45,517 bases of DNA from Acidimicrobiaceae bacterium (GTDB lineage: Bacteria > Actinomycetota > Acidimicrobiia > Acidimicrobiales > MedAcidi-G1). Made by a program: the position numbers and the translations under genes. Below, one piece after another: positions 41,638-45,517 of the stretch (the first letter of the stretch is position 1; the number at the start of each line of letters is the position of its first letter). A model generated the notes under the pieces. It saw only the letters and a list, made by a program, of their open reading frames with translations, made no database searches and had not been told where the DNA came from. Location of the stretch: NCBI GenBank assembly GCA_002727895.1, contig PBUO01000057.1:18157-63673 (forward strand), read 5' to 3'.

Positions 41638-43580
41638 CGACCGTCACCTTCGTGCCACCAGGACTGGAACATGAGGATCGGCCACAACTGGAAGGAGAGG
41701 TCACCCCGGTTCTCGACGTGTTCGGCCCAGCGGGCCGCCACGAGCGCCGGGTCGAAGATCCCCTGCGCTGCCAGCAGGTCTGGAGCCAGGAGTTCGTCAG
41801 CCCAACCTCGCAGGGGGCCCCGGAGCCAGGAGCCGAGGGGGATGCCGAAGCCCATCTTCGGCCGTTCCACCATCTCGGCCGGAACGTACCGGTGGAGAAG
41901 CCTCCTCAATGCCCACTTCCCGGAGCCGCCCCGCACCCGGTCCTCCGGCGCGAGCGACCATGCGAACGAAAACAATTCCGGATCGAGCAGCGGCATCCTC
42001 GCCTCGAGGCTCACCCCCATGCTCGCCCGATCCGTCTTCACTAGGAGGTCATCGGGCAGGTACACCATGGTGTCCATGAGCATCGCGGCACGGAACCCGT
42101 CCATCTCCGCGCCATCCAGTTCGTAAAGGCCGCCCGACCGGCCGGCCGCCTTCGGCACGATGTCGGCGGCCTCGTTCTCCGCCGACATCATTGCCTCGTA
42201 GAGGTCTCCCGCGCTCCTGGCCGCCAGCACCCGGGCGACCTTGTGGACCCGATGTCCGAGCCGGTGGCGGACGACGGGCGGCGCGGGGAGCATGAGAGCA
42301 CTTGTCCCGATCCGGTCCCAGGTCCCCTGGGTAACGCAAGCCAGGCTGCGAGCCGCTATCCGTCGGATGGGTGCAGGAACCGCGCCGTGAAGCTTGGAGA
42401 GGCGTGCCAGATGTCGATAGCGGTCATAGCCGCCGAACAGTTCGTCCCCTCCGTCTCCGGACAGCGACACCGTCACGTGCCGGCGAGCCAACCGGCTCAC
42501 CAGGTGGGTGGGAATCTGGGACGAATCCGCAAACGGTTCGTCGTACATCGCCGGAAGTAGGGGGATCACCTCCCGGGCCTCGGTGGGGCTCACCTCCATC
42601 GAATGGTGGTCAGAGCCCAGGTGCCCGGCCACCGCCGCTGCGTGGGCCGATTCGTCGAAGGCCGGATCGGGAAAGCCGATGGTGAAGGTCTTCACCGGGT
42701 CCCCCGAGACGGCGGACATGAGCGCGACCACGGTGGACGAATCGATTCCCCCCGACAGAAACGCTCCGAGGGGCACGTCGGCAACCATGCGAGATGCCAC
42801 GACCCTCCCCAGGAGTTCCTCCAGCTCGTCGACCGCCTCCTCCCCGCGAGCGGGCTGGACCGACGTCGCCGCGGCCACCTCGGCCGGAGACCAGTAGGCG
42901 ACCTCGTCCACGAGACGAGCCGAAGCGTCGAAGCGGAGGACGTGGCCGGGACGGACCTTGCGTACCCCCTCGTAGATGGTCCACGGAGCCGGCACGCAGG
43001 ACCACCGGAGCAGGTCGACGACCGAATCGGCGTCGACGTCGGGAGCGAAGCCATCCACCGCGTGCAGTGCCTTCAGTTCGGACCCGAAGAGGAGTCCTTC
43101 GGAGGACCAGCCGTAGTAGAGCGGCTTCTCGCCGAACCGGTCCCGCGCTAGCCACAGCTCCCGATTCCGACGGTCCCAGAGGGCGAACGCGAACATCCCC
43201 CCCGCCCGGGCCAGTGCCCATTCGACGCCACGCTCGGCGACCGCTTCCAGGAGGACCTCGGTGTCCGAATGGCCACGAAGGGCCGACCGACGACGCTCGC
43301 CGAGGGTCGCCCGGAGTTCGTCGGCGTTGTAGAGCTCGCCGTTGTAGGCGATCACCCACCGGCCGTCGGCTGACGCCATGGGTTGGTGGCCGGCAGCGCT
43401 CAGGTCGACGATGGACAGCCGCCGGTGACCGAAGGCCACCCCGCTCGCCGGTTCGCACCACGTCCCGCGGTCATCGGGACCCCGGTGGACCAGGCGGTCG
43501 GCCATCCGTCCGGCGACGGCCTCCAGCTCTTCGACCGTCCGTCCGGATCTCCGGTCCAGGAGCCCCGCGATCCCACACAC
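41634..43580 (-). CDS. asnB: Asparagine synthase (glutamine-hydrolysing) family amidotransferase (WbpS/WbtH-like context)
   Basis: 648-aa ORF. The GTG start is followed directly by the nucleophile Cys (MCGIAG), and the PP-loop FLSGGIDSS is present. Confidence 0.85.
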   Translation of the reverse strand: MCGIAGLLDRRSGRTVEELEAVAGRMADRLVHRGPDDRGTWCEPASGVAFGHRRLSIVDLSAAGHQPMASADGRWVIAYNGELYNADELRATLGERRRSALRGHSDTEVLLEAVAERGVEWALARAGGMFAFALWDRRNRELWLARDRFGEKPLYYGWSSEGLLFGSELKALHAVDGFAPDVDADSVVDLLRWSCVPAPWTIYEGVRKVRPGHVLRFDASARLVDEVAYWSPAEVAAATSVQPARGEEAVDELEELLGRVVASRMVADVPLGAFLSGGIDSSTVVALMSAVSGDPVKTFTIGFPDPAFDESAHAAAVAGHLGSDHHSMEVSPTEAREVIPLLPAMYDEPFADSSQIPTHLVSRLARRHVTVSLSGDGGDELFGGYDRYRHLARLSKLHGAVPAPIRRIAARSLACVTQGTWDRIGTSALMLPAPPVVRHRLGHRVHKVARVLAARSAGDLYEAMMSAENEAADIVPKAAGRSGGLYELDGAEMDGFRAAMLMDTMVYLPDDLLVKTDRASMGVSLEARMPLLDPELFSFAWSLAPEDRVRGGSGKWALRRLLHRYVPAEMVERPKMGFGIPLGSWLRGPLRGWADELLAPDLLAAQGIFDPALVAARWAEHVENRGDLSFQLWPILMFQSWWHEGDGR

Positions 43581-43633
43581 CGTTCAGCCCTCCCGGCCGG
43601 TACATCGGGGAAGGACAACTCGTCCGTCGGACA

Positions 43634-44866
43634 TCACCACTGCTGGAGCGACGGCACGGCGACGACGAACGTGGCGCCCCATTCGCGTATGTAGTCCAAC
43701 CGGTCGGCGACCTCGTCGCGCAGGTTCCACGGGAGGATCAGAACGTGGTCGGGTCGCTCGTCGACAACCACCTGTTCCGACACGATCGGAATCCTGCTTC
43801 CAGGGAGGAACCGACCCTGCTTAGCCGGATTCTGGTCCACCACGGCTCCCAGCAGGTCGGGCCGGACCCCGGCAAAGTTCAGCAGGGTGTTCCCCTTGGC
43901 CGCGGCGCCATAGGCGACCACCTTCCGGCCCCCCTGCCGGGCGTCCAGGAGGAAGCGGAGGAAGTCATCCTTGAGCGCCTCGGCCCGCTCCTGGAATCCG
44001 GTGTAGAAGTCCCGACCCCCGACGCCCGCCTCGGCCTCCTCGGCCAGCAGCGTCACGATCGACGGTGTCACGGGTCGGACGCCAACGTCCGTCCGTTGAA
44101 GGAACACGCGAAGGCTTCCGCCGTGGGTCGGCACCCTCTCCACGTCGAAGGCCTGGAGACCCGCCGTGGCGGCGACCGACCGGATCGACGTCAGCGACAG
44201 GTAGGAGAAGTGCTCGTGGTAGACGGTGTCGAACTGGACCTCGTCGACCAGGCGGAGCAGGTGCGGGAACTCGAAGGTGGCCACCCCGTCGTCGCCGAGG
44301 AGGACGCCACACCCCGCCACGAAGTCGACGATGTCCGGGACGTGTGCGACCACGTTGTTGGCAGCCAGCAGGTCGGCTCGCAGTCCAGCCTCGGCCAGGG
44401 CTTCGGCGACCGTCACCCCAAGGAACTCCTCCACCACTTCAAGGCCCAGATCCCGGGCCGCCGCCGCGGTGCTGGCCGTCGGTTCGATCCCGACACAGGA
44501 CATTCCCCTCTCGGAGAAGTTGCGCAACAACGTCCCGTCGTTGCATGCGACCTCGACGATCGAGCTCTCCCGGCCAAGTTCGAACCGTTCGACCATGGCT
44601 TCGGCGTACCGACGGCAGTGGTCGACCCACCCCGAGGAGAATCTGCTGAAGTAGGCGTAGTGGTCGTCGAAGAGCTCCTCGGCTCGGGCGAAGTCCTCTG
44701 TCTGGACCAGCCAGCACGACTCGCAGACCAGAACGCGGAGCGGGTACCAGGCCTCCGGACCGGCCAGCCGGTCAGCAGTGAGGTAGGCGTTCGACGGCGG
44801 AGCACTTCCCAGGTCGAGGAAGACCGACTCCAGGGGGGCCGCGCAGTGGCGACACTTCATGGGCAC
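43634..44866 (-). CDS. NDP-hexose C-methyltransferase (TylC3/EvaC-like: zinc ribbon + class I MTase + C-methyltransferase C-domain)
   Basis: 410-aa ORF with the N-terminal CRHC...CESC four-Cys motif and SAM motif I (IVEVACNDG). The long C-terminal domain is typical of sugar C3-methyltransferases. The start is the GTG at 44866 or the ATG at 44860. Confidence 0.8.
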   Translation of the reverse strand: MPMKCRHCAAPLESVFLDLGSAPPSNAYLTADRLAGPEAWYPLRVLVCESCWLVQTEDFARAEELFDDHYAYFSRFSSGWVDHCRRYAEAMVERFELGRESSIVEVACNDGTLLRNFSERGMSCVGIEPTASTAAAARDLGLEVVEEFLGVTVAEALAEAGLRADLLAANNVVAHVPDIVDFVAGCGVLLGDDGVATFEFPHLLRLVDEVQFDTVYHEHFSYLSLTSIRSVAATAGLQAFDVERVPTHGGSLRVFLQRTDVGVRPVTPSIVTLLAEEAEAGVGGRDFYTGFQERAEALKDDFLRFLLDARQGGRKVVAYGAAAKGNTLLNFAGVRPDLLGAVVDQNPAKQGRFLPGSRIPIVSEQVVVDERPDHVLILPWNLRDEVADRLDYIREWGATFVVAVPSLQQW

Positions 44867-44896
44867 GGGACACGGTGGCCTGTCACGGGCGACGGG

Positions 44897-45517
44897 TCAC
44901 CAGACCCGCCACGGCGCGTTCCCCGACTCCCACAGGTCGTTGAGGAGGTCCCGCTCCCGGACGGTGTCCATGGGCTGCCAGAAACCGAGGTGCTGGTAGG
45001 CCCGCAACTCGTCGCGTTCAGCGAGCGTCGACAGAGGTTCGGCCTCCCACCGCGTGTCGTCTCCGACGATCAACTCGAGGCACGCCGGCTCAAGGACGAA
45101 GAAGCCGCCGTTGATGAGACCGTCGTCGCCGGGGGGCTTCTCGATGAACCCCGCGACCCTGTCACCATCGAGTTCGAGGGCGCCAAACCGACCCGGCGGC
45201 TTCACCGCCGTCACCGTGGCCAGACGACCGTGCGCGTGGTGGAACTCCACGAGCGACGTCACATCGACGTCGGAAAGACCATCTCCGTAGGTCATGCAGA
45301 AAGTCTCATCCGACACGTGTTCAGCGACCCGACGAAGTCTCCCACCGGTCAAGGTCTCGTCTCCGGTGTCCACGAGGGTCACCCGCCAGGGTTCACCCCC
45401 ACCACGGAGCACCTCCATGCGGTTCTCCGCCACGTCAAAGGTGACGTCAGAGACGTGGAGGAAGTAGTTGGCGAAGTACTCCTTGATGACATAACCCTTG
45501 TAGCCGCAACAGATCAC
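44897..45517 (-). CDS. rfbF: Glucose-1-phosphate cytidylyltransferase (partial; the N-terminus lies beyond the window end)
   Basis: 206 aa of a C-terminal fragment showing RfbF hallmarks: CGYKGYVIKEYFANYFLH, MTYGDGLSDV, GGFFVLEP, HLGFWQPMDT. Confidence 0.85.
   Translation of the reverse strand: MICCGYKGYVIKEYFANYFLHVSDVTFDVAENRMEVLRGGGEPWRVTLVDTGDETLTGGRLRRVAEHVSDETFCMTYGDGLSDVDVTSLVEFHHAHGRLATVTAVKPPGRFGALELDGDRVAGFIEKPPGDDGLINGGFFVLEPACLELIVGDDTRWEAEPLSTLAERDELRAYQHLGFWQPMDTVRERDLLNDLWESGNAPWRVW

Noticed and set aside
40528-42126. 532-aa plus-strand ORF spanning the GT4 / AsnB-like junction on the opposite strand
   Set aside because: It crosses a gene boundary of two motif-supported minus-strand genes. 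Its composition is low-complexity (H/R/P/G-rich). I treat it as a GC-driven shadow ORF.
1-45517. Search by eye for CRISPR arrays, tRNA/rRNA genes, IS elements, integrases, long direct or inverted repeats, and defence or toxin-antitoxin genes
   Set aside because: I found none. Every long, motif-supported ORF is a sugar-biosynthesis, transfer or export gene. The only duplicated sequence is the tandem paralogue pair at 3320..5652. No computational repeat scan was possible, so short or degenerate repeats could have been missed.

Overview
The whole 45.5-kb window is one continuous, very gene-dense, GC-rich glycan-biosynthesis supercluster. I call 41 complete CDS and 1 CDS truncated by the window end. 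I found no rRNA, tRNA, CRISPR array, transposase or integrase.

Gene organisation:
- Genes form long co-directional blocks: minus 74..13956, plus 14041..20870, minus 20861..37270, a lone plus gene at 37439..38395, and minus 38411..45517.
- Sixteen junctions are 4-nt ATGA/GTGA stop-start overlaps, and GTG starts are very frequent. This style suggests an actinobacterium-like high-GC organism, which is inference only.

Recognisable modules:
1. An acetamidino-forming trio: a WbpG/WbuX-like amidotransferase plus HisF and HisH paralogues.
2. A WbpB/WbpE/WbpD-like trio plus a distant WbpA-like dehydrogenase, for a 2,3-diacetamido-2,3-dideoxy-hexuronic acid.
3. A plus-strand nonulosonic-acid (legionaminic/pseudaminic-like, ptm-like) module. 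It holds three Gfo/Idh/MocA-like proteins, an SDR, a CMP-nonulosonate synthetase, and an unusual 748-aa CBS + NeuB + SAF + TIM-barrel fusion.
4. A cassette combining heptose-type activation genes (SIS isomerase, domain-swapped HldE-like kinase/cytidylyltransferase, GmhB-like phosphatase, NDP-transferase) with sugar-tailoring genes. The tailoring genes are an atypical extended SDR, an RmlC-like cupin, a stand-alone ThDP E1 alpha/beta pair, a Zn-ADH, and a lower-GC radical-SAM + methyltransferase pair.
5. RfbF plus a TylC3-like C-methyltransferase.
6. An AsnB-type amidotransferase.
7. Assembly and export genes: a WecA/WbpL-like initiating transferase, several GT4/GT2-like transferases, a tandem GT-B-like paralogue pair, a candidate LIC12162-family transferase, and an MsbA/PglK-type ABC exporter.

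No Wzx, Wzy, Wzz, ligase or oligosaccharyltransferase is recognisable in the window, and neither is a NeuC/LegG/PseG-type or WbpI-type 2-epimerase.

The most novel-looking parts are the fused nonulosonate synthase and the E1/ADH/radical-SAM/heptose-like cassette. That cassette could specify an undescribed branched or higher-carbon sugar. All functional calls come from motif and family recognition by eye. No database search was run.
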